Numbered from the whole stretch's first letter, positions 23,661 to 37,353 are shown. The stretch: DNA of 63,474 nucleotides, filler included, from Reticulomyxa filosa (GCA_000512085.1; 19 parts of 19 records of this genome joined end to end with filler, not necessarily neighbours in it); one strand, 5' to 3'. The notes: generated from the sequence alone by a model not told the origin. A program made the numbers and translations.

Positions 23661-25443
23661 TTAAAGTTTAATTGGCAACGCCACCATTTTGCATGGCTGT
23701 GGTATTTTAACGGGTTGTTTGCCTCTTCCGGCCTGCATCAAGTGTTTTTGATGACAAATAGCAACAAATTCGAGTTTATCGGAGGGATTTAAAGGAGGGA
23801 TGAGAACTGCGCGAGCAATTTCGCCATTTCCAGTCCGTGGTTGGTGTTCTTTGCATTGCCATTTCTTTTTGGAATCAAAATAATAAATCGTATAGTAATC
23901 ACATGAGTTCTTACCTATCATAGCAAGCAAGAGCAAAGGCTAACGTTCCAATTATGCATTATTAGAAAAATAACAACAACAAAAAAAAAACACAATTAAC
24001 CGTCATGTCTTGCACAAGTGATATAATCTCCATTCATAAGTACATCTGCCGATACGATCAAGTCTTTTTTCATCATGGTGGTGATATTAAACTTTCGATC
24101 AATTTGTAAAGAAAATTTCCCATCGACAGCAGACAATTGATACAGTTGAAGTTTTTTCGAAGTGACAAAAAGACCATGTTTGGTGGACACAATGCCAGTG
24201 ACAGCGTCTTTGTCGGTGACGGGTCGAGGACACGATTGGAAGATAACATCCGTCGACGGGTCGAACAGCAACTGCTTGCTGTCGCATGCGAGAAGATGTG
24301 GATTGGACATTTTGGACAAGAGCACGAAGCGATTTTGATCGTGCGTGCAAATGGCATTGATACGATTGGAATCTTTCGTCGACACGAGTCGAATCAACTC
24401 AAAGTCGTCACTTTGTGTATCGCAGCGACGCATGACGAGGACATTGCCAATGTGATCGCCCGCCACAAGATATGTGTCGTCGGTGGTGAATGCAATGGCG
24501 GTCACGCTGGCAAAGACAAATCGACTATCTACTCCAGACTTGATTGCTTTGGGCTTGCTTATGTCCGTGCCGTTCTTCGAGATGGGGTATACACACACGA
24601 GACCGTACAGCTGTTGCGAGTCTACACTTCCGCCGGCAGCTACAAAGGCACCGGTTGCACTGACAGTTAGACATTGCACGCAACTCCACTTTTTATTGAA
24701 CACTGGCCAGTTGGACACTTTCATTGGTTTGATCCACTTTCTTTGCGAATGCACTTTCCAAAAACGAATCGACCCATGTTGGTCGCCGGTTACAATGAGA
24801 TGGCCACTGGGGTGACTTATCATCGCCGTTATCTTGTGCGTGTGAACATTCGTTATGTCATCGCGCAGCCATTCGCTCTCCTCGTCTTTCAGGCCCGACA
24901 TCACCTTCAAGTGTTCCATTGCGTCGGAATGCACTTGTGAAAGTACACCATCTTCTTCTTCTTCTTCTTCTTCTTCTTCCTCGTCTTCTGCGTCAATGTT
25001 CTGATTTCGAGTGTTGGTTGGACTTCCCACCTTCGGAGACTCGTCCAATGGCATTGCGTTCTTTTCCTCTTTCGTCTCAATCTGCTCTTCTTTCATCATC
25101 ATCATCATCATCTCTTTTTTGTTTCCATTTCCATTGTCATTATCATTATCATTATCATTGCCATTGCCATTGCCATTGCTATTTGTTTGGTCCTTTTCTG
25201 ATTCTTTTATTTGTTTTTCTTCCTCTCTTTCTTTTTGCTTCTCTTCTTCCTCTTCATCCGAGTAATTATTTGGAGAAGGCAAACCAGTTTCGTATTTGTC
25301 ATTTGGAACCTCGTTCTTTGGCGAAGAGATGAGATCAATGGTCGTGTCTGCGTTCAACGCATTCGATTGCAACTGCGAGGGTTGTGAGAGTTGCGATGGC
25401 AGTGGCAGTGGAAAAAGGGAAGAGCAGGGAGAGCAGGGAGAGC
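23661..25443 (-). CDS. WD40-repeat protein with an acidic/Asn-rich N-terminal region; 5' truncated, two exons
   Basis: HTHKITAMISHPSGHLIVTGDQHGSIRFWK and VTAIAFTTDDTYLVAGDHIGNV; intron at ~24000-23941. Confidence 0.8.
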
Positions 25444-25543
25444 NNNNNNNNNNNNNNNNNNNNNNNNNNNNNNNNNNNNNNNNNNNNTTAATTAATTAAN
25501 NNNNNNNNNNNNNNNNNNNNNNNNNNNNNNNNNNNNNNNNNNN

Positions 25544-25900
25544 AGCGTATATAACCGAATCTTGGGAACAGCAATCAAAGCATGGATGCCCAGCAAGATC
25601 CCTTACATGGATGTGCTATTGTATCCTGGAGACATCCTGTATGTTCCTTGGGATGGTTGCATCAAGTCTCCATTTTCACCGAGGACGCGCTTGCATTAAT
25701 CGATTGTAAAATCAAATTTTGCATTTTAAGCAAAAAATGAAAAGAGTTGAAACGGAAACGTTGGGACTGATGATGGGCACGCTGGTAATATGCATGTTGG
25801 ACTTGAAAAACGCTTGAGAAGCGCCAAATGTGGTTTTGATGGTATCCAATGACGAAACAATGCTGCTTCGAAGGAGTGTTAACAGCTAATTGACTTACAC
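25544..25900 (+). pseudogene. JmjC/cupin-4 (NO66/ROXA-like) remnant
   Basis: DVLLYPGDILYVP, then after a frameshift GWLHQV, followed by stops. Confidence 0.6.
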
Positions 25901-28276
25901 CCAATAAACAAAATGATCCACTCGTCCAAGGAGAAAATCTTAACTACAAGCAAGACAATCCACAAAAGACCTTTTCCATTGTCGAGAGATTCATGAAATA
26001 ATGTAGTGTTGATGTTAGTGAACCAATTTTTTTTCATTTTTGATGTAAAGACATAACTGAATTAAAAAAAAAAAGACAATCCAAAACAAGTACCTTATCT
26101 TTTTCAAACATACATTATCTTTCCTCAAAAAAAAATTGACAAAAAAAAGATTGCCGAAAATAATTGAAAAGAGCATCACTAAATTTCCTAATGAACAAAA
26201 ACGAGATGTAATAACAAAATTGCAAAAGAATGAAGAAATGCAAACAGGTACAAAGACAATAAATGCAAACAAATGACAAAAAAAGTAGATCAAACATCTT
26301 TTTTTATTATTTCTTTACAAACCTTATTTTTGTTTTCCTGATACGGGGTAGACTTCAATCCCATTTATTTGGTGTGTGTATAATAACAGCTTTCGGGACG
26401 GTGGAATTCCTGTATTGCAAAACACATGCAGCAAGTTAATGTATTTAAAAAATATGTACGTATATATAATAAACTAATTTTTCTCCTTTCGGAGACTGTG
26501 TGTGGTCTTCTACACAGTTGCTTCTTTTTCTTTTGTCGCGACGCCTATTGAAAAAAATACACACGCAAACATTATTTATTTTACAAATAAAAAATAGACT
26601 TAGTAAAAAACTTTTACATTATTTTGTGATTGTGGCTTGTCAATCACGATGATACTCCCAAACGTTTGTCGCAATTGTCGTTTCTCGTGGTCAGCTGTTG
26701 GCAATCTATGTCGTGCACCCCAATTATATTGTCATGTTATTTTTTAAAAATAATATTGTGCAACATACAATATACATTACATCATAATGCCACATTTTTT
26801 TAAAAAAGATCCACAAAAAACGAATTATGACACATACTTATTTATGTGTGCATCTCCCAAAATTGATAACGTATACATATATAAACTATTTATACCTGCT
26901 GATAATTTTGTGTCGATTATATATAATTCGACAACTTGTTGTGGTGATTACATTGCGAATTTGTTTGTGGAGAATGTATTGATTATATCAATTGCAGTTG
27001 AAAAAACATCAATGATCATCAATAACTCTCCGGCATTGATAATTGTGTAAAAAATATCCAACGATATCATCGACAATTTTTTTTCTTTGGGACTTTCAAC
27101 CCAGCGGCAATGTAGCGTGGACAATTACTTGGCAAACGTGTTTGAGTGAGGACTCTCGATAAATCATCCAATTACGAAATTGAGCAAGGCTCAAATCTTC
27201 TTGGTGATAAGCTCTTGTCCATTCAAACAACATATTACCTTGTCCTGACACAATCAAGAAATCAAAGAAGAAGAGTTTCGAGTATGTGTGATATTGGATG
27301 ATGTTGTAATGTTATTTTGTTAATTTGACTTATTATTGTATTTTTTTTTTTTTAGGAAAAAATCATAAACGTATTAAATGAACAAATGAATCTTTTTGAA
27401 ATTACCGGTGTCAATACAATAACGAAATCATCAGAATTGATTTCACAATAGTTGATTCAATTAATCCCAATTCAAAGATTGCATGCAACATGAGAATTCA
27501 AATCTCATTTTGCAAGTCTTTGTTTGGAAATCTGTCAACGTATGTTTATACACGAATTGTATACATATTACGAACACAACTTCTTGCACAAAGAAAAATT
27601 CTTCACCGTCCACCAGAAAAAGTATATGATGTTAATACATTGACTGCAATTATAGTTCTCACTTACATATTGACCAAATTTTGTAGTAATAATCTGTTGA
27701 ACGTGCAACTGTTGTTCGTTTGCCTTGCTCGCTAGTCCATTCGATCTTGTACATGAATCTGCGTCGTCACTTGTACACACTTTATCATTTCCTTCTTCTA
27801 ATTCACAGATATAGAGTGCTTCAAACGCTCGGATCAAAAAAGATACTTTTCTCCTTTCTTAAAAAAACGTAACAGTTACAATAAATCGTATAAATTTGAG
27901 TTGATTTAAAAATTGAATTAACAAACAATTTCGAAATTGCAATACTGTTAAAAAAAAGTTTTTTTCTTTGGCACGAAAGTGAAAAGTAAAAAAAAAAGAA
28001 AGAGGCAAAATAATATTTGATGTGTATTTATGACAAGCAAATGGATTTTTTACAAAATTACAAAGTCTTAGTTTACGCCGTAAAAACAAAATTTTTAAAC
28101 AGGAAAAAACAACTACTATTCAATTGCAAACAAGCCCCTATCCCCTCAAAGGAATGAACTATTTCATTTAATCAATTATTAATAGTTTCAAAAAAAAGTT
28201 CAGTAAAGCCGCAAATTAACAAACAGAAAAAATAAATATTTCATTAGTCTTAACAGTATTGGTATTCGAAACCTTT

Positions 28277-28610
28277 TTAATGGTCAATTTTCTCCGTGCT
28301 TTTGGCTATGTTTTGTGGTGATTTCATCTTCATTTTGGTCCTTTTCACTCTTTTTCTCATTTTCTTTTTCGTTTTCGTTTTTATGTCCATCATTATTTTG
28401 ACTGTCACTGTTATCATCGGCGTTACCATCGTTATTGTTTTCGTCGTTATACTCAGTTTCTCAAACTGTTGCAGTAAGTGGACTTTGTTTGTGTCGCCAT
28501 ATAAGTTTTGGTGACAACCTCCTGTCCTTTGTCATTTCCGAAACGCCTTCTTTTGGTGGCATATTCCCAAAGTTTTTTTGAATTTGAGTGTCCTGTTGTC
28601 TTTGCCCAAA
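28277..28610 (-). pseudogene. Degenerate low-complexity (N/D/E/K-rich) terminal exon
   Basis: Reads ...TATV*ETEYNDENNNDGNADD...EKIDH* with an in-frame TGA. Confidence 0.35.
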
Positions 28611-29201
28611 TGCACAATGAAAGAAAAAAAGTGTTATTTTTTCATGATATTTTTGATACTATCAAAATATGTACACCATAACCAAGATACAAACGTCACA
28701 AATAAGAGCATTTATTTTGAACCAAACTATTGAGTTTTTTAAATAAAAAAAATATTCGATCGCTTTCATACCTTTACAAGGCAAAATAAGCTGATCATTT
28801 AACGTCTTTGCTTAAGTACTTTTGTAACAATGCTTCGCTCTTTTCACATTATCAAAGAACATAGAGTCTTTTTAAATTCTTTTATACGTCTTTTGCATAT
28901 ATAATACTTTATAAATTTAACTTAAATTTTTTGTTTTTGTGAAAATGATGAAAAGATGACCGCTACAACATAAGATAATATCAATATTCAACACTGCCTA
29001 GAAGAGGCTCCAGTATTTTAAAAAATTACTGGCTGTTCAGTCAGCCCCTTATACTGTACAAAGAATGGTTATTTCGAGCAAATTTCAGTTAAATTAAGAA
29101 AAAAAAGTTAGTAGAAACATTTTCCCAGTAGCACACTTTTTTTTTTTATCAAGACTAAACAAACGTGGGACGGTTTCCTTTTCAAAAAAAAAAATCTTTC
29201 A

Positions 29202-30139
29202 ATGATAAAAACAAACCAAGAGAACCAAACATCACAAAAAACGGCATTAGAATCACCAGTTCCGTCATCAAATTCGAGAGATGTGGATCTAGAAACGTTA
29301 AAAATGCTGATGAAATTAGATATTGCGCAAGTTCCACCAACAGCAGAAGAGATCTTTCACTTGGTTTGTTTCTTTGATAAATTTGCAACAATGAATGGGT
29401 AAGACGAGTAATCGCAATGGGAAAAAAAAACAAAATCAAATATCCAAACAAGCTATTTTTCGAAGAAGAGTTGCCGAAATTGCCAATACATTATCGTGAG
29501 CAACGATGGAACAAACGCCGTATTGCGAAAAGATGGGGTTGGAAAAAGGGAAGAGATCGTGAGATCTATGAACATCGAGCTGAGTTGCTGAAAGAGGAAT
29601 GGCAAAAAATGAAGAATACCGGTTTGATCTTTGTGAAAAAAAGAAACTCCTGGAACTTGCAATACACACATAAAACATGCACAAACAGTTGGTACCCCAA
29701 GAGATGACCCGATCATTGCTAACGAGAACACGAACAATATTAACACGAATCCAAATGCAACGCACAATAATAATAACAATAAATTCATAAAAAGTGCAAA
29801 TGGCACGAAGAAGAGTCAGTACAACAATGACACGGAAAATGTGAAAAAGAAGAAGAAGAAGAATGCAACAGTAAGCAGTAATATGTCGGGAAAAGATGAG
29901 TCAGCAGAAACGCAATATATATTTGAAGACAATGACACAAGACCGAAACATATGAAAAAGAAAAAACGCAATCGGAACCGAAACGGCAATTACGTTACTC
30001 CGATGAAACTCGATGAGTTTTTGGAAGCAGCAGAGTCGTTTTCATTGAAAGCAAATGCTCGTATTTCACATGCTTTATATGAGGAGGAAGAAGAAGAGGA
30101 GGAAGAGGAAGAAGAAGAAGAAGAAAAAGAAAAGAAGAC

Positions 30140-30180
<41 letters not shown>

Positions 30181-30725
30181 GCAGTAACAATAATAATGTG
30201 AACGAAATCCATGATTACACTTTGGTTGACATTACCAACATGTATCATGACAACTCTAATAATAATAATAATAATGGTAATAGTTTTATGTCGCAACAAG
30301 TTTCTAGAGACATGAATAACTTTGAAATGGCTAATCCATGGATTCGAGTTTGTAAATGTATACATATATGTACATGATGTAATAACAAAAGAGCGAATGT
30401 TTTGATAAAAATAAAAAAAAATAAAAAATAAAAAAGGAGGAAATGAAAATGCATAGCCACAATTCGTCATCTACGTGTCAAGACCAGACGAATGTGGCGT
30501 CGATGATGTCGTCATCGGATGGTGTTCCGATGTGCATCAACAGGACGGACTACGTAGACACATTTGGAGGACAGCATACCGCAATGTTCCCGCAAATGAT
30601 TGAAAGCGTGGACACTTGCAATCCCCCTTTTTTCCCAGCAAATCATTCCACACCTGTCCAGTCCATGTGCTATTCATCTTCACTCTTGGGATATCCAACT
30701 GGGAATGTTCCCGTTTACGGTATGT
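29202..30725 (+). CDS. Hypothetical protein with poly-Glu and poly-Asn tracts; two frame breaks; 3' truncated
   Basis: ORFs 29202-29402, 29417-29707 and 29841-30377 join via shifts near 29382 and 29640; further exon at 30457-30720. Confidence 0.55.
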
Positions 30726-30901
30726 GTATATCTGTGTGTGTGTCTATGTATCTGTGTATCTCTTCTCCATTTTCCTCTCTCGCTCTGTCTCTCTCTCTCT
30801 CNNNNNNNNNNNNNNNNNNNNNNNNNNNNNNNNNNNNNNNNNNNNTTAATTAATTAANNNNNNNNNNNNNNNNNNNNNNNNNNNNNNNNNNNNNNNNNNN
30901 N

Positions 30902-33323
30902 ACTTTTTTATCTATTATAATAATATGATTTTGTTTGTCATTATCAATAGGCATGCCCCAATCAATGAAAAAATGTATTTATTTGCTCCCCCCCCCTTTT
31001 CATAGACAAAAATGTTTTGTTTGATGCATTGCATCATATTTCAAGAAAAATAGGAATTGGAGTGAAAATTAGGACCGGGTTCCGTTCGACGAAAGTATTG
31101 TTTTTGTTTGTTTTTTTGTTTAAAAAATAAAAAAGTTATTTGTTGTTTTACAGATTTTCAAGATTCAAGACAAATGAGAAAAATTGGGAAAAATAATAAT
31201 ATGTAGAAGGGGAGAATAAATTTGGGGAAATAATTGGAAAAAATAATTAGAAAAAAGGTGGGAAAAGAATGAGAAAAGTGGGAAAAAGAATATTAAAAAG
31301 AATGTGAAAAGTGGGGAAAATAATGGGAAAATTGGGAAAAAGAATTTGAAAAAGAATGGGAAAAAGATGGGGAAAAGGGTTAAAAAAATAAAATAAATGA
31401 AGAAAATAAAAAAGGAAAAAATAATGAAAAAAAAGAAAAAAATGTTGCGGCCCTGCAGTTAATTATCTTTTTTTTTCATTTGTCTTTATTTAAAATCTAA
31501 AAAATGTTTGAATGATGTATAGAAACGATTTGAACACATTACTGTTCCCGCAAACGCTCAAAACTTGAATGGATCTTTAGTGACTTTTTGGAGCAAGTTG
31601 GTATTCAATTGGACTTTGGAAATATCTTGGAACAAATACTTCAATTCTGGCATCATTCATTGGACCAAATGATTAAGTTAGTTATTTCTTTTTTGTTGAT
31701 CAAATAAAAAAATCTCTTTTGTCATTGAATGGTGTTCAAAACGATTTGCATGTGTTTCTATCTGTCATACTATAGGCAGCAAGACTGGAAGAATTTGATT
31801 GAATGGCATATCTGTTATCACGTTATCAATGTTAAAATCATACTTTATTTGTTTGCATTATAAAAAAAAGTTGTTTTTTTTCTCTTTTCAAACACAGGTA
31901 CAAATAATAGGATCGTGGAAGTTTGCGTCTTTGAAACTTGGAAATTTGGTGGCAAGATCCCGAACCTTGGTCCAACATTTGAGAAACTACAATCACGAAG
32001 GAAGGCTAATGGGAAAACACGTGGAATACTTCGCATTAATCGATTTAGCTAAAAGAAAAAACTTTAATTCACATTGGATATCAATTGGCAAATGAAGTAA
32101 TTTGTGAATGTTTTATGTATAAATTGAATTTGAGATTAACCGGATTATCTTTAATTTTTTTGTGGTATGGTATATGAGAAAAAGACAGAAAGTATTTGCT
32201 TATGCTTGTTTCAAATAATAATAACAATAACAACAATGATACTTATGTAAATATGTCAACTACTTAATGTAAATGAATAACAGGTGATATTAGACCAATC
32301 TACCGAAATAATAGAAATGCCAGAAAGAAACTGTCATCCTGAGTCTCCCAAATGTCGTGCAGGTGGACAAATTCTCGGAACCCTTTGCAGCAGATGAAGT
32401 GGACGACTAGTTAAAATAACATTTTTTTTTTTAAGTACATGAACAAATAGTTCACTAAACATATACAAAAAAAAAAGGCTTCAACCAATGACAAAGGAAC
32501 ATGAACCAATTGAATTGCACCCGAACGAATCTATCGCCTTTGATTGGATCTGTCAGCAACCATGAGAAATCGTAACTTCGTATTGTGCTGGGTTCTAAGA
32601 TCGCGAAAGTAACCAAAAAGGAGCCAACGATGGAGCAAAAATGACAACATATCGGAATCAATCAATTCTCACGTAGAACGTGAATGACAATACTGCCAAG
32701 ATCATCGACCCGTAAAAAAACTGTACCACTCAAACCACGAATTCATTTACTCACTATACGTGTCAATGTGAACAAAGACGACAAGGAATTCCTGGCTTTG
32801 TAGATTTTAGGAAAGTTCAACAGTTGCATTTGCATAGAATGATTTAAATTGTCCAAAAAAAAATACTTGGTGTGAGTCTTAAAAAAAGAAGATTGGCTCC
32901 AGCAACTTCCACATGACTGGAAATAATTAAATAAACGATCCACTTGTCAAACTCGATTCGAAAGGATTCAGGCGTGTTACTTTCACAAAAATGACGGATT
33001 GAAACCTATCACAATGGAGAATAGAAAGATTATGTTACCAACCAGCACTACCAGCTGCAGTCAAATAAGAACAACACAAATTTGATATGCAATTGACGTC
33101 GAGAAAGAATATATACCAACCTGGCTTTATCAAAAATGAGTGCAATTGTATGTGCGATGGAAGACGTCGTTTAATAAAAAAAAGTTTATATTCGTTATCG
33201 TGTCCAGTCAGCAAAAGTCATAACTCAGTGAAGAATTATACTCGCAATCCCGACTTGAAACTTTTCTATCAGTTTGTATGCATTTGGAGATGTTTAATAA
33301 AGATCTTGTTCATGATGATTCGT
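30902..33323 (+). pseudogene. Degenerate multi-exon repeat-family or pseudogene region of unknown type
   Basis: Protein-like stretches (e.g. LEWIFSDFLEQVGIQLDFGNILEQILQFWHH) broken by stops; AG/GT-bounded mini-exons; purine tract at 31170-31445. Confidence 0.4.
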
Positions 33324-34316
33324 NNNNNNNNNNNNNNNNNNNNNNNNNNNNNNNNNNNNNNNNNNNNTTAATTAATTAANNNNNNNNNNNNNNNNNNNNN
33401 NNNNNNNNNNNNNNNNNNNNNNNATTTATTTCAAATTTGAGTGTTGCTGCGTTGCTTTATTTGATGAATTTTGAACTGTTTGCAATGTGTGGAATCACAT
33501 TTTATCGTTATTTTTTGGAGTAATTATATTTGTAATGACAGCTTCAAGTAAAAATACTCTTATATTATTCAATCACATATTAGTTTTTGTTATTTTTTTA
33601 TGTAGAAACAATCATTACCATAATCATAACATCGAGCATTGTGCTAATTATAACAACTACGGTCATTATGGATATCATCATGGTAGTAATTTCAAAAACA
33701 TCATTATTAAAGCACAACAGCCAGTGACAGTCTTAATTAAATTTTTTTTTTTTCAATTTTTTTCAATTATAAATAATTTGTTATATATGATCTTGGTGAT
33801 TGTCCTTTTCAATTCGATTGTATTTGGTATCAATCTTATCAAAATGATTCTACTATTGCACAAACATCTGTGATTGACATTTTCAATTTACAATTTATTT
33901 TGACACTTCCATAACTTCTTTAATTACAAAAAATATACATATTTTTTTATTTGCTTATAAAAAAACTTTGACTGAATTGATACTTTTATACAATGATATT
34001 CTTTTTATTTGTTTGATATTTGTGTAACAGGATTATGCGTCAGTACTCTGAGACTTGATGTTTTTTCATCAATTTACTTGTTCAATAACCGAATGGCTTC
34101 TGGGCAAGCGATAACAATTTCGATTATTTGATGCTGCAGCCCTGTTGCGCAGTAAAAGACACGAAACAGGACAGAAATTTAAAAACTATTTTCCAAAGCA
34201 GCAGGACTTTACACGATTCATTTTAACTTTCAAAAAAAATTCGCTCACAAAAAAAAGTAAAATAAGAATATTGTGCCTCTTTATATGCCCAATCAAAAAA
34301 TGTAAGAGGCCCAATT

Positions 34317-34423
34317 ATTGGCCTTTCAGCTTTGCCAACTCATTTTCCAACTCGTCAATTTGCTTTTGTTTCGCTTTAAGTTGGTTTTTAGTGGCTTCAA
34401 TATCGTCTTGTCTGGTTTTGTTG
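34317..34423 (-). CDS. C-terminal end of a coiled-coil protein
   Basis: NKTRQDDIEATKNQLKAKQKQIDELENELAKLKGQ*. Confidence 0.55.
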
Positions 34424-34523
34424 NNNNNNNNNNNNNNNNNNNNNNNNNNNNNNNNNNNNNNNNNNNNTTAATTAATTAANNNNNNNNNNNNNNNNNNNNN
34501 NNNNNNNNNNNNNNNNNNNNNNN

Positions 34524-35030
34524 ACTTGCTTAGATTCCCAATAATTCATATATTCTGATAATTTCATATCTGTTCGTTTTTGATCACTATAATCTTTTTC
34601 ACCACAATTTGCGACTGTTACTGTGGCATCACCAAATTTCGTCTTCACATAATTTGTATTTAATAAAGATTCCGTTTTTGTTGAAGAATTAAGCCAATCT
34701 TTTGTTATATTCCAATCATTGCTGATATTTCTTTTATAAAAATAATATTTCAAATTGTTTTTAAAGGAATATTTAAAATTATTTTGAAAGGAATATTTTA
34801 CAAAACTGAATGATACAAGGCTGATTTGGAATTAAATGATACCAAACAAAAATTTCATAAGTAATATTTGATATGTCATACACTGGAATTTTTTCTGCTC
34901 GATATTCCTTTACCACACGTTTAGGAGGTGACCAGTTTGTATAAAATTGCTTTGCTACTTTTTCAAATAATAATTTATTGTTTGGAAGTTCTGATACTTG
35001 ACCTTCCTTGGGAGTGGGAGTATTTGTCAT
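34524..35030 (-). CDS. JMJD4: JMJD4-like 2-oxoglutarate/Fe oxygenase, 5' part (two exons)
   Basis: HLIPNQPCII, W...KDW and YVKTKFGDATVTVANCGEKDYSDQKRTDMKLSEYMNYW match the JMJD4 N-terminal pattern as recalled. Confidence 0.82.
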
Positions 35031-35347
35031 ATCTATCTATATCTTCAAAGAAAAGAAAAAAAAAAGTATCCTTTTTGAAAAAACTTTTTTTAAGTTGCTT
35101 GTCAATAAAGTTTTTAGGAATAAAAAACTTAAATTTTTCCTATCTGTTACCAATACTGGATTGTTTACAACCATATGTGTGATTTCGGTCCTTTTATTTT
35201 TTTTTCTATTTGGTATTAGCAATCAAGAAATGAACTTAAATTTTTTTTTTTTTTTGAACAAAAATTTTGGGAAAAAAAGCATAATTTTGAAAGTGTTTGA
35301 TTTGCAATCAAATCTTACGATCACAAACACTTTACATTGTTAATCTA

Positions 35348-35942
35348 ATGGGCAAACAAAAGAAGAAAGGTGGTATCAGTCAATTGAATAACAGACTGAA
35401 ACTTGTTGTGAAAAGTGGTAAATACGCGATTGGATGGAATCAAGTCTTAAAAAATATTCGTCTGGTAATAAAAAATAAAATCATTATTTTTGTTACTTTT
35501 TTTTTTTTTCTCTCTTGGATACCAGATGATTTATTTATCATCAATATCAAAATTATAGAAGGAGGAAGAAAATTATTTTTAATCATTTAATTCTAATTCG
35601 GAAATTCGCTTGTTTTTTTTTTTTTCCTCATCCCTTTCTCCCCCCCAAATCCTAAAATTAAAATAGAATAAAGCAAAATTGGTATTAGTAGCAAATAATA
35701 CACCAGGATTACGTCGAAGTGAGTTAGAATATTATTGTATGCTAGGTAAAGTACCAGTAATTCATTATGATGGTACCAATAATGATTTAGGAAGAGCTTG
35801 TGGCAAACTCTTTGCAACTTCAGTTATTACTATAATAGAAGCTGGTGATTCTGATTTATTAACAGCACTAGCCGAGAAAAGACGAGAAAATAGAGAAAAA
35901 AGAAAAGGTCCAACTGCATCTGTCCCTGAAACAACAGCTTAA
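35348..35942 (+). CDS. RPL30: 60S ribosomal protein L30 (eL30); exons 35348-35464 and 35667-35942
   Basis: [38 protein letters not shown] and GDSD; phase-0 GT-AG intron of 202 nt. Confidence 0.97.
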
Positions 35943-36351
35943 ACTCTTTTAATTTTTTGTTTTGCAAATAATTGGGGCTTGTGAAAGACTTTCTTTTTTT
36001 TTTTTTGGATTAACAAGAAATTCAGTCGCATCATTATTTCATGAAATGATGCATTCATAATTCACAAATTATTACTTTTATTTTTCCTTCGTTATTATTC
36101 ATATTACCAATTAAAAATTTAATAAGTGGAAGACTTTAAAATCTTGATTAATAAAAAAAAGTAAGAAGCTGATACTATTCTCCAGCTTTTTGCAATTTCA
36201 CCACGTGTTTTNNNNNNNNNNNNNNNNNNNNNNNNNNNNNNNNNNNNNNNNNNNNTTAATTAATTAANNNNNNNNNNNNNNNNNNNNNNNNNNNNNNNNN
36301 NNNNNNNNNNNTACTACTACTACTACTACTAATAATAATAATATTAATATT

Positions 36352-37353
36352 AAAGAAATTCGTGAATTATATGAACGTGCAGTAGCTAATTATCCACCAG
36401 TAATGGAAAAAAAATTTTGGAAACGATATATTTATTTATGGTATAAATATGTTATATTTGAAGAATTAATTGCAAAAGATATTGAAAGATGTCGTAAAGT
36501 TTATCAATGTGTAATAAAATTAATTCCACATGATTTATTCACTTTTGGTAAAATGTGGATACATTTTGCTAAATTTGAAATTCGACAAAATAATTTACAA
36601 AATGCACGTAATATTTTTGGTACTGCTATTGGTAAATGTCCTAAAAAATCAATATTTAATCAATATATTAGTATTGAATTTCAATTAGGTGAATTTAGTC
36701 GTTGTCGTCAAATTTATAATAAATATATTGAATGCTTTATGGAAGATTGTCAAGTTTGGATTAGTTATGCTAAAATGGAAGCTAAATTAGATGAATATGA
36801 ACGTTGTAAACAAATTTATGAAATTTCTATTTCAAAACAAGAACATATTGATATGCCTGAAATGATTTGGCGTAGTTATATTGATTTTGAAATTCAATAT
36901 CAACATTTACAAAATGCTAGAAATTTATTTGAACGATTATTAACTCATACTAAACATGTTAAAGTTTGGATTACTTATGCTCAATTTGAAAGTACTATTG
37001 CTGGGGTACCTGCTCATTCTAGAGCTATCTTTCAACGTGCTAGTGATTTTTTTGAAAAAGAATTTGCTCATGCTGATTCTTTACTTATTCAAGAACGTGT
37101 TCTTTTACTTGATGCTTGGCTTCAATTCGAACAAGAATGGGGAAGTCCCGAAGAAATTGATCTTGCTCGATCCAAACAACCCAAACGCATTAAACGCAAA
37201 CGTCCTATCAAAACTGAGCAAGGAATTGATGCTGGATATCAAGAATTTTACGATTTCATCTTTCCTTCTGATCAACTTTTCCCTTCTGGTGCTCTTAAAC
37301 TGCTCCAACATGCCAAGTCTTGGAAGCAAAACACTTCTTTACCCTCTGATTGA
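36352..37353 (+). CDS. CRNKL1: Crooked-neck-like splicing factor (Clf1/SYF3), 3' part
   Basis: WKRYIYLW, FTFGKMWIHFAKFEIRQ, DMPEMIWRSYIDFE, TKHVKVWITYAQFE, QEFYDFIFP and LKLLQHAKSWK. Confidence 0.96.
   Translation, partial: KEIRELYERAVANYPPVMEKKFWKRYIYLWYKYVIFEELIAKDIERCRKVYQCVIKLIPHDLFTFGKMWIHFAKFEIRQNNLQNARNIFGTAIGKCPKKSIFNQYISIEFQLGEFSRCRQIYNKYIECFMEDCQVWISYAKMEAKLDEYERCKQIYEISISKQEHIDMPEMIWRSYIDFEIQYQHLQNARNLFERLLTHTKHVKVWITYAQFESTIAGVPAHSRAIFQRASDFFEKEFAHADSLLIQERVLLLDAWLQFEQEWGSPEEIDLARSKQPKRIKRKRPIKTEQGIDAGYQEFYDFIFPSDQLFPSGALKLLQHAKSWKQNTSLPSD

Noticed and set aside
29610-29707. TGLIFVKKRNSWNLQY as an AP2-domain start
   Set aside because: The frame stops soon after and the protein appears to continue in another frame from the A-run, so the resemblance is likely chance.
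32780-32830. FVDFRK as a non-LTR reverse transcriptase motif
   Set aside because: No AFD, QG or YADD motifs nearby.
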